This document shows, in pieces, positions 1-9,956 of a stretch of 55,277 bases of DNA. How positions within the stretch are numbered: the stretch's first letter is position 1; each line of letters begins with the position of its first letter. This DNA comes from a virus. Taxonomy: Duplodnaviria > Caudoviricetes. Under the pieces are notes generated by a model. That model was not told the DNA's origin and did no database searches. It worked only from the letters and a program-made list of their open reading frames with translations. The DNA lies in the IMG/VR virus record IMGVR_UViG_3300024999_000132, positions 1 to 55,277 of that record, one strand, 5' to 3'. A program made the translations under genes and the position numbers.

Positions 1-116
1 AAAAGCCATTGAATATTCCTCCTTAAATTTTATTAATAATCAACAAATAAAAAACCTATGCCAACATTATAGCACAGGTCAAATAGTTTTGGTAGTTAAT
101 AATTTTATTTTAGGAA

Positions 117-434
117 TTAATCCTCCAATAATCCAAGATCAATAATTTTATCATCTGTAATAATTTCTGGTGTACCATTACTATCCACTGAGCATTCGAA
201 CCATTTGTCTTTTACATTGTCTGTTGTGAGGACTGTAAAGGCATCGCCATTTTCATTTTGTAGGATTGTATGATAGACGGAATTTGAAGGATTATAGGTG
301 CTATTTGTGGCAAGTGCTATCATTGTGTAGGATGTATCGGAACCAGGTGTGATTGATGGATTTGCTGAAGTTGTTAGGATAGAGGATGTTAGGAGAGTTA
401 AGGAAAGGGTTAGAATTGATATTAGTTTTTTCAT
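117..434 (-). CDS. small secreted/membrane-anchored hypothetical protein
   Basis: 105 aa ORF, signal-peptide-like N-terminus MKKLISILTLSLTLLTSS, RBS-like sequence upstream. Confidence 0.6.
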   Translation of the reverse strand: MKKLISILTLSLTLLTSSILTTSANPSITPGSDTSYTMIALATNSTYNPSNSVYHTILQNENGDAFTVLTTDNVKDKWFECSVDSNGTPEIITDDKIIDLGLLED

Positions 435-460
435 GAGAGTGTACCTACTTTCTTTAATTC

Positions 461-775
461 TTAATTATATTTTGGGTTAAGCAACTCGCCATGTTTGGAT
501 ATTCTCTTTTCAATAATACTAGGAATTTTATCAATGTATTTTACAATATTTTCTTTCGCCAATTTAAAAATCTCTTTTTGATTGGCGCAAGGTGTACAAA
601 TTTCCAAGCCGGAAGTTACTTCGGCAATATAATAGAGTGATCCGCTTTTATAGATGTAAAATGTGAATTTTGCAAATTGTTCAAAATTTAGCATCCATAA
701 AGGTTTTACATAGTATACACTATTCATATAAAATTGAGGGTAGGAAATTCCTTCGACTGGTTTTAATTTTTTCAT
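461..775 (-). CDS. hypothetical protein
   Basis: 104 aa ORF with AAGGAGG RBS on the minus strand. Confidence 0.7.
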   Translation of the reverse strand: MKKLKPVEGISYPQFYMNSVYYVKPLWMLNFEQFAKFTFYIYKSGSLYYIAEVTSGLEICTPCANQKEIFKLAKENIVKYIDKIPSIIEKRISKHGELLNPKYN

Positions 776-1148
776 TTATGTATTTTCCTCCTTTAAGTAT
801 TAGAATTAGTAGATATTGATATTGTAACATTTATGAATATTAGTTGTAAAGTATTTATTTTATATTTTGCTTCTATGGAGATAAGAAAAGAAAATTAATA
901 AGAGAATATAACCAGAATTTCCGCACACTTGCCGGAAATTCTGCTCCGTTCCCTTGTTTGATGTATTTATAGGATTATTAGAATAAATCTAATAAAGAGT
1001 TGATAAATCCTATTTTGAGCTTGTCTCAAAATTGAAAGGCTGCTGCCAGCTATTGTTAGTTGATTGATTTTATAAATAATCGACCATAATTGAAGTCCCC
1101 ATAATAACTATAGTATAAAGGGCATGTCAATTTTGGTCGATTTTATTT

Positions 1149-2396
1149 TTATTCTAATTCATCTAATAATTTGTCTAATATTTCATCCATATTCATATCA
1201 GCAATAACATCTAATTTGGTTTTCTTGACTGAATCTTTAATATTTGTGGCATTTATAAATATTAAACTATTTCCTAATTCAATATTATCATCTATATAAT
1301 TTCCTTCAGCCCTTCTTTTAGTTCTTTTACCTTCTTTATCATTTTTCATTCTGCCAATGATTTTAGACTTTTCTTTTACTGCTTTTTCATGTCTATTTTC
1401 TGCATTTGTGATAGTTCTATCAATTACATCATTATTAATAAGATATTTACTATCTTTTTTCTCTTCCTCGGTTAATTCACATTTGCCATAAATATCATCT
1501 ACTGCCTCTTTTATGTGTTTTTCATTAAATAATATCTTATACGACTTATAGTAGAACGCAATATTTAACTCTTTTAGAACTATATCATCTACTTTATTCT
1601 TAAATGTTTCCCACATACCAAACTTAATTACTTTTTGTTTACTATCACAGCCTAATTCATTCATTGTATCTTTTTCTATCTTTTTTATAAATGCTTTTTC
1701 CTTATCAGTCCCTTCTCTATAATTTAATTGTATTTCATCATCAGCACGATATTTATAGTCAATTTGCTCCTCATTGTATTGATCTATGTATTTTCTTTTT
1801 ACTATTTCAGTGCCATCTTTTGTGACTTGTGCCATTGGTATTGCTTCAGCTACAGTTAACTCCTTATGCCATGATATAAGAGATTGATTCTCTAAACTAT
1901 TTAATGCTTGTTGGAGATTTCTTTCTAACATATCATCGTTTAAATCATACCATTCTTCTACAGTTTCTTTGTTAATATTCATAAATTTAGATAATTTTAA
2001 TATTCTGCGCTTGCAATATACATAATTATCATTAATCATATTAAATTCCTTGAATAATTGATTTTTGCTGAGGAATACTCTCCCAAATCCCTGCTTATTG
2101 TTTCCTCCTTGTACTAATAAATCTAATATTAAGTTTTCTATGTATTTAGTGTATTCCGTTACGTTGTTTGCTCCTCCTTTATTAAATATTCTATTATCAA
2201 TTTTAGGTAATACTTCAAGGTATATTTCATCTATTATAAATTTATTTCCCTCTTTGTGATATTTAAAGTATCTATCCATTTCCTTATACTGTGCTTGTTT
2301 GCTGTTTGTGCTTGCTTTTACGGGTATCCCTAAGATAGCACAGAGTTCTTTATAGTTTTTAATAATTAAACCAACGTATAATTTAGATATATCCAT
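1149..2396 (-). CDS. hypothetical phage protein, possibly Rep-like DNA-binding protein
   Basis: 415 aa ORF with AAGGAG RBS; HTH-like N-terminus (KNYKELCAILG); inverted repeats immediately downstream. Function is inference. Confidence 0.55.
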   Translation of the reverse strand: MDISKLYVGLIIKNYKELCAILGIPVKASTNSKQAQYKEMDRYFKYHKEGNKFIIDEIYLEVLPKIDNRIFNKGGANNVTEYTKYIENLILDLLVQGGNNKQGFGRVFLSKNQLFKEFNMINDNYVYCKRRILKLSKFMNINKETVEEWYDLNDDMLERNLQQALNSLENQSLISWHKELTVAEAIPMAQVTKDGTEIVKRKYIDQYNEEQIDYKYRADDEIQLNYREGTDKEKAFIKKIEKDTMNELGCDSKQKVIKFGMWETFKNKVDDIVLKELNIAFYYKSYKILFNEKHIKEAVDDIYGKCELTEEEKKDSKYLINNDVIDRTITNAENRHEKAVKEKSKIIGRMKNDKEGKRTKRRAEGNYIDDNIELGNSLIFINATNIKDSVKKTKLDVIADMNMDEILDKLLDELE

Positions 2397-2891
2397 TTTA
2401 TTTTACTCCTTCTAGATTAATAAATTTTCTTTGTTTTGGATGTCTGATTATTACTTTGCCAGTGCTTCTTTCAATAATACGCATGTATTCTTCCATAATC
2501 ATTTCTAGTATGATTGCATCATTACCCTCATATAATTGTAACCATTCATGATATATTATGTCTAGATTAGATTCTAAGGAATATTCGTTGCAATATTCAA
2601 GGATGTATTTTAGGTTTAGTATTTGTGGCTCTTGCTCTTTTTCTAATCCATTAGGGCCATGCCATAAGGATTATAGAGCATATCTAATATAGTTAATTCA
2701 AAGTCATTATATTTCATTTTTATATTACCTCTTTCATAATTTTATTTATATTTATTAGATGACTGAATGATAATAAATAGGATAAATATAGTTACGTGTT
2801 GTCAGTGCTATGTATTTGTACAATTTGTATAATTAGTATAGTTCGCTCAACTCCTTTCCTTAAATTTATTTTGTATAATTGGGTAAAATTA

Positions 2892-2921
2892 ATTATAACA
2901 TGATGGGATATAATATGTCAA
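2892..2921 (-). promoter_or_regulatory. sigma-A promoter
   Basis: minus strand TTGACA-18 nt-TATAAT with TG extension. Confidence 0.6.
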
Positions 2922-3180
2922 TAATTATTTTATGATTTGTTTGTGGTGTGATCGGGAATATGGGAATTGATAAGGATAATAGATAATTTTTAGGATTATT
3001 AGGATTTTAGGATTTGAGATTGTAGCAGAATGTGGATGATATGCGCTAGGATTGATTGTAAGAGGGTTTATGTGTTTAGGTGAAGGATTATAAGGGGAAT
3101 AGAAAAGAGACTCGTTAGAGCCTCTAGGTTTAACACTCATGAATTGTTATACCAATTCTGTTATAGACAAAATGACAAAA

Positions 3181-3208
3181 AGAAAAGGACTTAAATTAAT
3201 AAGTCCTT
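3181..3208 (-). terminator. intrinsic terminator
   Basis: AAGGACTTA/TAAGTCCTT hairpin with a U-tract on the minus strand, right after the 3207..3449 stop. Confidence 0.65.
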
Positions 3209-3449
3209 AAACAATCTGATATGATTTCCAATTATTGTCCCAAGGTTTAATTTCCTCCTGCAAAAAATCACGTTCGCTGTTATGGAAGATTAAGGGATTG
3301 TTTAGAATTACTTCTAAAGCTCGGAAACTACCTTTAAATTGCCCAAAGAATCTGATCATGGTCTGAGATATTATAAAGAATCTTTCTGCTATGAAGTCTC
3401 CTTCAGGTAGAGAAAATATTTGAGATCCTTTTATTTCGAATGTAGCCAT
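3207..3449 (-). CDS. hypothetical protein
   Basis: 80 aa ORF overlapping the GATase stop, AAGGAGG RBS. Confidence 0.65.
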   Translation of the reverse strand: MATFEIKGSQIFSLPEGDFIAERFFIISQTMIRFFGQFKGSFRALEVILNNPLIFHNSERDFLQEEIKPWDNNWKSYQIV

Positions 3450-4183
3450 AAATTTTCTAATTCCTCCTTTGTGTAATCATTATAATAATAATTTTGTTCC
3501 TCGTCAATGTAAGAATCGTTGCTGTTATATTCCCATGCTGTTATAGCGTATTTGTTATGAGTAGTACCACGTTTGATATAGGGTTTATAATGTCTGCTGG
3601 TGTAGGTGTATTCATATGGAATATAAGAAGTATTTGAATAAAATATACCATCATCTTCGATGAAATCTCCTATTAGGGAAAACCCATCTTTGTCTAGTAT
3701 AGTAAATTTAGAATAAGTTTTTTCGTAGGGATAATTGTCTTTTAATTGATCTTGTGGCACTTGAGAAAGAATATCTTTAATGAATATTTGGGTATCAGAT
3801 AAGTCATGTTTGTTTGGAATACTACAAAAGGATATAACTCCATTATGGGCTATACCTGTTGTTGTTATACAGGAAATGGCCTGCAAATCTTTTATTTTTT
3901 TAGATACAGGAAATGGATGGCAATTCTTGGAATTAATAGATCCTTGTGTAGCATAGCGAAAATGTATCACTAGGTCGCTGTTATAGAAGTTATCGGCTGT
4001 TATAGAGGTTATGGCATAATAGAATGATTCGAAATCCATGAAACCCTTGGCAATGGTGACATGGTGGCTGTTATGGTTGTTATACATAAATCCTGCTCCA
4101 TGAGGATTTGAGTTAAAACATTTAGATAAGATTTGCTCTGATGGTAATTGTTGACATTTTGGTTTAACTACAATGATACACAT
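3431..4183 (-). CDS. class II (Ntn) glutamine amidotransferase
   Basis: N-terminal Met-Cys, NPHGAG, HFRYATQG, NCHPF, AHNG and SDT motifs. Confidence 0.9.
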   Translation of the reverse strand: MCIIVVKPKCQQLPSEQILSKCFNSNPHGAGFMYNNHNSHHVTIAKGFMDFESFYYAITSITADNFYNSDLVIHFRYATQGSINSKNCHPFPVSKKIKDLQAISCITTTGIAHNGVISFCSIPNKHDLSDTQIFIKDILSQVPQDQLKDNYPYEKTYSKFTILDKDGFSLIGDFIEDDGIFYSNTSYIPYEYTYTSRHYKPYIKRGTTHNKYAITAWEYNSNDSYIDEEQNYYYNDYTKEELENLWLHSK

Positions 4184-4532
4184 AATAAATTCCTCCTATT
4201 AATTAATAATTATTACAAGTTCATGATAAATTAAAATATTAAAGTCATGAACAAAATATGCTTCGCTGTTATAGGGAATTTCAGAAAAAGTCCATGTACT
4301 ATTTAGAGGTCGCTGTTATAATAGATTTAGGATAATGGGATTTAGAATAGGGAAATATTTTGAGCGAATTATGGGCCGTAATGACTAACAGGTATCTAGG
4401 CAAAGACTGGAATATGATCATATCTATATTAGTTTATTGGGTTAATTGTGGCATAAGATGATAAATTGTACTATTTTACCTATTAGTAATTGTAAGTTAA
4501 TTAATGTTAGAATAATTCTAAGGTATATAGTA

Positions 4533-4565
4533 AAAAGAAAAGAGTAAATTTTATTTTACTCTTTT
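4533..4565 (-). terminator. intrinsic terminator after amidoligase
   Basis: AAAAGAGTAAA/TTTACTCTTTT hairpin with A/T tracts. Confidence 0.6.
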
Positions 4566-4573
4566 ATGATATT

Positions 4574-5758
4574 TTATGCTGCAGGATTAATTATTTTACG
4601 AACGGCGCAGTATTCTTTAAGGTATGTATAGTTTGTGCTGGCTTCTATTAGTTCTGACAATCTAGACTGATATAAATCAGCTATGGAAATGTTAACAGAA
4701 GACTTTACAATAAGATCGACTAGTTCTAACGTTGCGTATAGTGTTTCTACTTTTAAAGTTCCTCTAAATAGTCTAAATTCGACTGTATTGGAATTCTGCA
4801 AGTTAATTGCCATATAACGTCCTGACATTTTACCTTCTTCTAATAATTCAGTCATATTTTTTTGTGAGTAACGTGAAGCCCATCTTGATAGTTGTGTTTC
4901 AGTTCTACGGGAGAATTGCACCATGTCCTCCCAGTTATTGTTTACTAAGAATAAAAGTTTTGCGATATTTTTTTCTTGTTCATCGAAGGAAAGTCCGAAA
5001 GCCTTTCTTGATACGTGGATATGCAATCCGCAAGTTATGGCATCGTGTGATTTAAAGTCGTGATTTTTTGCAGTATCCATAACTTCTGACCATGGAAAAT
5101 GATTTAAATGATAATCTAAACTGCATGGATGTGTAACTATTTCTACTCCATCATCTAGACTACCATCTTCTTTAAGATAAAAAATGTCTTCGTCATCGGA
5201 TAATTCATATAAGTCGTTAGCGTAGTCTTCTTTGTCATCACCTTTGTCTGTTTCAACTTCTAATCCATATTGGATTAAAGATTTTCCGTGAAATATTGCT
5301 TCTGGCTTGTAGCCGTAACCATGTATAACTTCGTTGTCTGGTTTGTTGTCCTCATAACATGATTCGCAATAAATGTTGTCTTCGCCATAAATTTCGTCAC
5401 CTGAAATATAAATTCCACAGTCTTCGCAAATGTAATAGTTTTCTCTGCATGATTCGCAATATCCCGTATTATTTGAGTCAGTATAGATTGCATTGTCTTC
5501 AAAATAGTCTCCACAATCGTCGCATTTAGTTAGATATTTTCGTGTGCAGGAAGGACAAGCGAAATCAGTATTTCTGTATCTGTCTGTATATTCTTGCATG
5601 TCATTGTTTTCGTGGTATTCATCACAGAAGCCACAAAGGGTAAAAAGATCATCCTTGCATTCGTCGCAGTAAAATTGATCATCGATTTCGTTGGCGTCCG
5701 GTAATTCAACTTCACAATCACAATTGCAACATTTTACCGTTAGTTCTAAGTTTTCCAT
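4574..5758 (-). CDS. amidoligase (COOH-NH2 ligase, Amidoligase_2-like) with N-terminal CxxC repeats
   Basis: GLEVE, EDGSL, GVEIVTHP, CGLHIHVS, RYMAIN and TVEFRLFRGT motifs; ~140 aa acidic Cys-rich N-terminus. Confidence 0.88.
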   Translation of the reverse strand: MENLELTVKCCNCDCEVELPDANEIDDQFYCDECKDDLFTLCGFCDEYHENNDMQEYTDRYRNTDFACPSCTRKYLTKCDDCGDYFEDNAIYTDSNNTGYCESCRENYYICEDCGIYISGDEIYGEDNIYCESCYEDNKPDNEVIHGYGYKPEAIFHGKSLIQYGLEVETDKGDDKEDYANDLYELSDDEDIFYLKEDGSLDDGVEIVTHPCSLDYHLNHFPWSEVMDTAKNHDFKSHDAITCGLHIHVSRKAFGLSFDEQEKNIAKLLFLVNNNWEDMVQFSRRTETQLSRWASRYSQKNMTELLEEGKMSGRYMAINLQNSNTVEFRLFRGTLKVETLYATLELVDLIVKSSVNISIADLYQSRLSELIEASTNYTYLKEYCAVRKIINPAA

Positions 5759-6027
5759 TTTTATTTCCTTCTTTCCTTTAATTAAATTTAATAAAAACTT
5801 AAAGGATTTATATCCTTTACAAAATATTCTACAAATGGAATACTTAGCAAAGCATACAATCAGAAGGTATTCTCTCAGTTCTAGAAAAATATGAAGTTAT
5901 CAAAGAACGTTGTGTTAGCTTTCAGCAGGATATCCAGTCAATACCGGACAATCGCGTAGTCGCTTTCGGCGATAAGCCACGATGAAGAGTAAGGATGTTA
6001 AGTAAAATTGAATAGATTCCTACTAAT

Positions 6028-6056
6028 AGTATACTAAAATATAGGGTTTTTGTCAC
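6028..6056 (-). promoter_or_regulatory. sigma-A promoter of the leftward unit
   Basis: minus strand GTGACA-17 nt-TATACT. Confidence 0.55.
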
Positions 6057-7803
6057 GTTAATATAATTATTTATGGCCTTATATAGCGTGTATTTGTTAG
6101 GATTTTAGGATATTTACTATGAGTATTTATAATTGTATGTTGTTTGTTTGATTATGGTTAGATCGTAGGATATTGGGATTGTGTATTAATACAGATATAG
6201 TTTATGTATTACTGTATTATACTAGCAAAACTTATGCCAACGTGAAATAAGAGTTGATATAATGCGTTGAAGCAAGAAATAAAATGTATGGGTTAGGCGC
6301 ACAGAAAGGGGCTTTTAAGCGGTTTGAGGATTTGAGGGTTATATTGGTATGTAGAATTTTATTTTGTGTCTTATACTAAAATTTTTCTACACGGTATCGG
6401 GTGTGTCGAGATTTTAGGGTATTTGGCATTAGAATTGATTAGAGATGTTTTAAGGTTTGATTGTTAGGTTTGTGATAAGTGTCAAGTATTTTTGCTTTAC
6501 ATTTGATTTTATATAGTTGGAATTGATGATGGTATATGTTTTATATATGTGATCATTGTGATCATGTAATAAAGTATTGGTAATATTATAATACTGTAAT
6601 TGTTAGTTGGTATATAAACTATACTTAGTATAATATTTGTTGTTAGTATGAATATAATAGTTGGTATCTTTTGTATACTAGGTATGTTTTTGATACTGTA
6701 AAGTGTTCAAACATTTCGGCCATGTTATTACCCTCGACTATTTGGACGTTATAACGCACAACGCAATCAAGGCCCAATAATTTCCTCATTATCTCTACAT
6801 TCATATCCATTTCAGCCGATCATAATCAATTCGACATTATCACTACCGAGTGCAGCCAATGCAAGGCCAGGATAAAATCCTATTCTATTTCATGCCACAA
6901 AACAGCCCTTCTAACCTCTTCAAACATCCCGACCCATACAATTCTACCCTCAATTTTCATCCAATGTTACACATTCCCATTGTGTAATATTCAGATAATT
7001 CAACAAATCGGCTTATAGCAAGGGTTTCAGGGTTCGCATCATATCCAGCCCATACTATTTTCAGTTTGTCATAGTCAAAGCTTATACCAAAAACCTGTGT
7101 TAACATTCCATTACATAAACCATGCCAACTATACCCATATACCCGGCGTACCTTTACAAACATTAACCGATATTATTCGACAGTATTCGACAGAGTACTT
7201 GTTTACACATCGAAATTTTAGAAATCGATTTCGAGATAAAAATTTGTAAACTTACCCCTCTAACTTAATTATTCCCCTTCGTACATTCATCGCAAAAACA
7301 TAATCATCACAACAATTTCCAGCCCCAATAAATCCATTTTCCAAATCATAAAACTTCTCAAAAGTCAAATATATTTAACAAATAAATCATAATAATTTAA
7401 TAAAATCTATCTATTTTTCTATAATAATAAATAAATCCTTAACATCATACAAACCCTAATCTACAACAATTTCTGGCACATTCCATTACATAAAATACCA
7501 TCTTATGATCTATAAAATACACTCGAATATTAACCTCAAAATAACTATAAAAATCAATTTATTATAAATCATATCGAACAAATTATAAAAACAATAATCA
7601 CAATAAATGCATCTATAAAAATCAAAATATCCATCTAATAAACCCTCCATAAAATCCTTATACAACAGCACTTACATCTATTATACTATATCCTTTCTAT
7701 ATAAGGGGGCGTATATTTAACAAACTTGACCGAATCAAATTTTGGGAGTAAACAACAATATAAATTACTAAAAATAAATTTTATAAATCTATAAATAAAT
7801 ATG

Positions 7804-7832
7804 TTGACATATATCTTGTAATTTGATATACT
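7804..7832 (+). promoter_or_regulatory. sigma-A promoter
   Basis: TTGACA-17 nt-TATACT with TG extension. Confidence 0.7.
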
Positions 7833-7958
7833 ATATATAGATATAAAATAAATTATATCTATATAGATAAGGGGGAATATATTATGGATTAGGAAAATTT
7901 AAATTATCTTTTATGGTTAGAAAAATATTGAGTTAAAATAGAAAGGATTGATTGATAA

Positions 7959-8735
7959 TTGGCATATGCAAAAATAAATGAATCTGTAAAAGTTGCTGAT
8001 AGAGTAGGACAAATTGGAGTAAATAATTTTGGTAGCAAAATGATGATAATAAAATATAATAATACAAAAGATATTGACATATATTTTCCTGATACAAATT
8101 ATACAGTTTACAATCGTGAATATAAAGATTTTATGAAAGGAATGGCAAATTCGTTATATGATAAAACAGTTTGTGGAGTTGGTTATTTGGGAGTAGGAAA
8201 ATATAAAAGTGGTAGAAATTCTAAAACAACTAGTCAATATCGTTGTTGGACGAATATGTTGCATAGATGCTATGATGAAAAATTACATAAAAAACGTCCT
8301 ACATACATAGGTTGCACTGTCTGTAATGAGTGGTTAAACTTTCAAAACTTTGGTCAATGGTATGATGAAAACTATTATGAAATAGATGGAGAAGAAATGC
8401 ATTTAGACAAAGATATATTAATTAAAGGTAATAAAATTTATTCTCCAGAGACATGTGTATTCGTCCCTGTTAGAATTAATTCTTTGTTAAAAACACACAG
8501 ACATAACAATATACTAGTAGGTGTATCCGCACATCATAGAAAATATAATGCAGTTTGTCGCGACAATGATTCAAGTATATATTTAGGAAGTTTTAATACA
8601 CCCGAAGAAGCCTTTAATGCATATAAAGAATATAAAGAAAAATACATAAAACAGGTAGCATATGAATATAAAAATAATATTCCTCAGACATTATATGATG
8701 CTATGTGTAGATATGAAGTGGAAATTACTGATTAA
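7959..8735 (+). CDS. phage HNH-like endonuclease with AP2-like C-terminus
   Basis: YRCWTNMLHRCY, VCNEWLNFQNF, HLDKD..GNKIYSPETCVFVP..IN, YLGSFNTPEEAFNAY. Confidence 0.85.
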   Translation: MAYAKINESVKVADRVGQIGVNNFGSKMMIIKYNNTKDIDIYFPDTNYTVYNREYKDFMKGMANSLYDKTVCGVGYLGVGKYKSGRNSKTTSQYRCWTNMLHRCYDEKLHKKRPTYIGCTVCNEWLNFQNFGQWYDENYYEIDGEEMHLDKDILIKGNKIYSPETCVFVPVRINSLLKTHRHNNILVGVSAHHRKYNAVCRDNDSSIYLGSFNTPEEAFNAYKEYKEKYIKQVAYEYKNNIPQTLYDAMCRYEVEITD

Positions 8736-8760
8736 AACAATAAAGGAGTAATAAAAATAT

Positions 8761-8955
8761 ATGAATAATACAAATAATTCTAATTCCAACAAACAAAACA
8801 ATCTTAACCAATTCTCTAACTATAAATCACAACTAAAATCCATATCCAATGTCTATTCCATTGCTCAAGATTTTGATTACATCCTAAACAATATATTCTG
8901 TACATATTCCTTCTCAAAAGGTAAAACTAAATGGAAAAGTATATTGAGTATTTGA
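8761..8955 (+). CDS. small hypothetical protein
   Basis: 64 aa, AAGGAG RBS. Confidence 0.45.
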   Translation: MNNTNNSNSNKQNNLNQFSNYKSQLKSISNVYSIAQDFDYILNNIFCTYSFSKGKTKWKSILSI

Positions 8956-9028
8956 TAGAGAATAGCAATAATTGATGAATTGGTGTTTAAATTGTTTAAA
9001 TGTTTATTAAAGTAATAAATAAAATAGT

Positions 9029-9057
9029 TTGACATGCTATTCTACTTATGACATAAT
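9029..9057 (+). promoter_or_regulatory. sigma-A promoter
   Basis: TTGACA-17 nt-CATAAT with TG extension. Confidence 0.6.
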
Positions 9058-9223
9058 TATCTCAAGGGATAATTATGAAATAAATTCAGAAGGAGGAAAT
9101 ATATTGATGATTATATTACATATACATTTTTCATTACAATTACAAATTGATATTATTGCTAGTGGTTTTGCATAAGTAAAATATAAAATTGCATAATTAT
9201 TATTATTGAAAGGAGAAAATTTA

Positions 9224-9415
9224 ATGCCAAATTCTATTGTTTCACAATTAGGATATAAATCCATAGAAGAACTTAGGCAAAAATATAATGGTATATTTGA
9301 ATTATCAAATAAAATGGAAGTACATGATGTAATATACATATTCATACGTAGAAAAATAATATTCTCTATTGATTATGATCTTGCTAATCCAAATATAGTA
9401 ATAATAAAATTCTAA
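9224..9415 (+). CDS. small hypothetical protein
   Basis: ATG at 9224 after AAGGAG; in frame with track ORF 9206..9415. Confidence 0.55.
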   Translation: MPNSIVSQLGYKSIEELRQKYNGIFELSNKMEVHDVIYIFIRRKIIFSIDYDLANPNIVIIKF

Positions 9416-9437
9416 TCAAAGGTGGTAAATAAACTAA

Positions 9438-9662
9438 ATGCAAACAATAACTAATCCATACATAAATATAAAAACTCAAAAATTAGCTGGTTATCTTATG
9501 ATGAGAGGATTTGTATTAAAAGGGTTAATACCAGATGATACTATTAATACAAATACAAAAAGAAATATATTTATGTTCAATAATACATATGAATTGAATA
9601 ATGCAATAAATGATTATAAGCAAATTAATAAGATAAAGAATAATAAAATAGAAATAAAATAA
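9438..9662 (+). CDS. DUF5659-like small protein
   Basis: IKTQKLAGYLMMRGF...KRNIFMFNNTYELNNAINDY pattern. Confidence 0.75.
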   Translation: MQTITNPYINIKTQKLAGYLMMRGFVLKGLIPDDTINTNTKRNIFMFNNTYELNNAINDYKQINKIKNNKIEIK

Positions 9663-9708
9663 TTGTGATAAAAATTAAATCATTCGATTTATCGGTGATT
9701 TACAATAC

Positions 9709-9887
9709 TTAGTATACTCTTATTATTTATTATTCTTCTCTTATTATAATATTAGTATACTCTTATTACACTTATATTGAGTACCCACATTGGGACACTT
9801 AGTCTAATTTTCACTTGTACTTACTGTCCCTAAATGGCACACTAAGTCACTATTACACTCCAAGTTAGTGTCCCTAATTGGCACAGT
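9709..9887. repeat. iteron-like cluster
   Basis: TTAGTATACTCTTATTA at 9709 and 9752; three imperfect dyads of the TGTCCC-N4-TGGCACA type at 9780, 9824 and 9868 (44-bp spacing). Confidence 0.7.
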
Positions 9888-9956
9888 TGCTCATACACTC
9901 CCATCTAATGCAGGTTTCAGGGTTTTACCCTAACAAATGAAAGAGGTTATTGACAA

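Noticed and set aside
2925-3140. 71-aa ORF, likewise 6957..7163 and 37043..37231
   Set aside because: Low-complexity translations of skewed or repeated DNA; no RBS
51-6241. AAAAC(C/T)TATGCCAAC at ~52 and ~6227, and CATGATGGGATA at ~2899 and ~32809, as att sites
   Set aside because: Only two short copies each, no integrase in the window; could be chance
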